Part shown: positions 58,519 to 64,000 of the stretch, in pieces
Numbering within the stretch: position 1 is the first letter of the stretch
Layout of the letters: every line of letters begins with the position of its first letter
DNA from: the human T2T-CHM13v2.0 reference genome, Homo sapiens
DNA: 64,000 nucleotides
NCBI RefSeq assembly: GCF_009914755.1
Contig: NC_060935.1
Direction: 5' to 3' (one strand)
Position numbers and translations under genes: made by a program
Notes under the pieces: generated by a model
What the model saw: only the letters and a program-made list of their open reading frames with translations
Told to the model about the DNA's origin: nothing
Database searches by the model: none

Positions 58519-59536
58519 ATAGGGAAAAAACAGAGCAGAAAAGCTGAAAATTCTAAAAATCAGAGTGCCTCTCCCTCTCCTAAGGAACGCAGCTCCTTGC
58601 CAGCAATGGAACAAAGCTGGATGGAGAATGACTTTGACAGGTTGAGAGAAGAAGGCTTCAGATGATCAAACTTCTCCAAGCTAAAGGAGGAAGTTCAAAC
58701 CCATTGCAAAGAAGCTAAAAACCTTGAAGAAAGATTAGACGTCCGTCTAACTAGAAAAACCAGTGTACAGCAGTCCTTAAATGACCTGATGGAGCTGAAA
58801 ACCATGGCACGAGAACTACATGATGAATGCACAAGCTTCAGTAGCCAATTCAATCAACTGGAAGAAAGGGTATCAGTGATTGAAGATCAAATGAATGAAA
58901 TGAAGCAAGAAGAGAAGTTTAGAGAAAAGAGAGTAAAAAGAAATGAACAAAGCCTCCAAGAAATATGGGACTATGTGAAAAGACCAAATCTATGTCTGAC
59001 TGGTGTACCTGAAAGTGACAGGGAGAATGGAAGCAAGTTGGAAAACACTCTGCAGAATATTATCCAGGAGAACTTCCCCAATCTAGCAGGGCAGGCCAAC
59101 ATTCAAATTCAGGAAATACAGACAATGCCACAAAGATACTCATTGAGAAGAGCAACTCCAAGACACATAATTGTCAGAGTCACCAAAGTTGAAATGAAGG
59201 AAAAAATGTTGAGGGCAGCCAGACAGAAAGGTCGGGTTATCCACAAAGGATAGCCCATCAGACTAACAGCTGATCTCTTGGCAGAAGCTCTACAAGCCAG
59301 AAGAGAGTGGGGGTCAATATTCAACATTCTTAAAGAAAAGAATTTTCAACCCAGAATTTCATATCCAGCCAAACTAAGCTTCATAAGTGAAGGAGAAATA
59401 AAATCCTTTACAGACAAGCAAATGCTGAGAGATTTTTGTCACCATCAGGCCTGCTCTACAAGAGCTCCTGAAGGAAGCACTAAACATGGAAAGGAAGAAC
59501 CAGTACCAGCCACTGCAAAAACATGCCAAATTATAA
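58519..59536 (+). pseudogene. L1 ORF1p, disrupted
   Basis: Start codon mutated (aagATAggg); fragments 58789-59253 and 59278 onward; internal stops and a frameshift. Confidence 0.9.
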
Positions 59537-59599
59537 AGATCATTGATGCTAGGATGAAATTGCAACAACTAACAAGCAAAATAACCAGCTAACATCATA

Positions 59600-63417
<3,818 letters not shown>

Positions 63418-64000
63418 ACAATGAGAACACTTGGACACAGGAAGGGGAACATCACACACCGTGGCCTTTTGTGGGATGGGGGAGGGGGGAAGGATAGCAT
63501 TAGGAGATATACCTAATGTAAATGACAAGTTAATGGGTGCAGCACACCAACATGGCACATGTATACCTATGTAACAAACCCGCACGTTGTGCACATGTAC
63601 CCTAGAACTTAAACTATAATAATAATAATAAAAAGAAAAAAGAAAAGTGACCTAGAGAGAAGGGGGTTTGGATAATAATATTCAGTTCCAAAGTCACTCA
63701 CTGCTACCAAAAACTCTAGCAGGAATCAAAACCACCTCTTTTCCTAAAACAATGGAACTAAAATTTCTGGGCTAGAATTCCACCAGAAAATTTCCAGAAT
63801 TTCCGGAGTTATAATTGCTCACTTGCATGAGTCGCTGATCAAAGTGTCCTTGGCTGATTTTCACTGGCAGTCATCCTCATTTCATAGGCATCTGATTCAC
63901 TTCAGCCAGCCTTCAAGTCCCACACCCTCCTTCGTCATCAGCTAAGATTACCCTCATCAGACTGTGTTTCTCATGATACTTAGAGACAAAGAATTCACCA

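Overview
AT-rich primate (almost certainly human) non-coding DNA dominated by transposable elements. No host protein-coding exon, RNA gene or CpG island can be supported, and every long ORF in the track is an L1 ORF1/ORF2 remnant or a repeat artefact. Contents: four long L1s (old L1PA13-16-like at ~9.7-15.3 kb, minus; full-length L1PA4-like at 35.2-41.4 kb, minus; L1PB-like at 41.6-48.7 kb, minus; full-length L1PA5-like at 57.5-63.6 kb, plus), THE1/MST/MLT1 MaLR elements, Alus including a very young AluYd8-type insertion with a 55-nt pure tail, MADE1, Tigger2a, MIR/L2 fragments and microsatellites. The most notable structure is the pair of full-length L1PA elements, which form ~6.1-kb inverted repeats around a 16-kb spacer. 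Each keeps its own target-site duplication (TSD) and subfamily-type ends, yet they share many non-consensus substitutions through the body, suggesting gene conversion or recurrent inversion between the arms. Other observations: a perfect 295-bp tandem duplication, several locally templated insertion scars, a locally duplicated fossil RTE-like reverse-transcriptase segment, and a ~250-bp monomer array in the old L1 5'UTR. Subfamily calls rest on consensus sequences recalled from memory and need RepeatMasker/Dfam confirmation.
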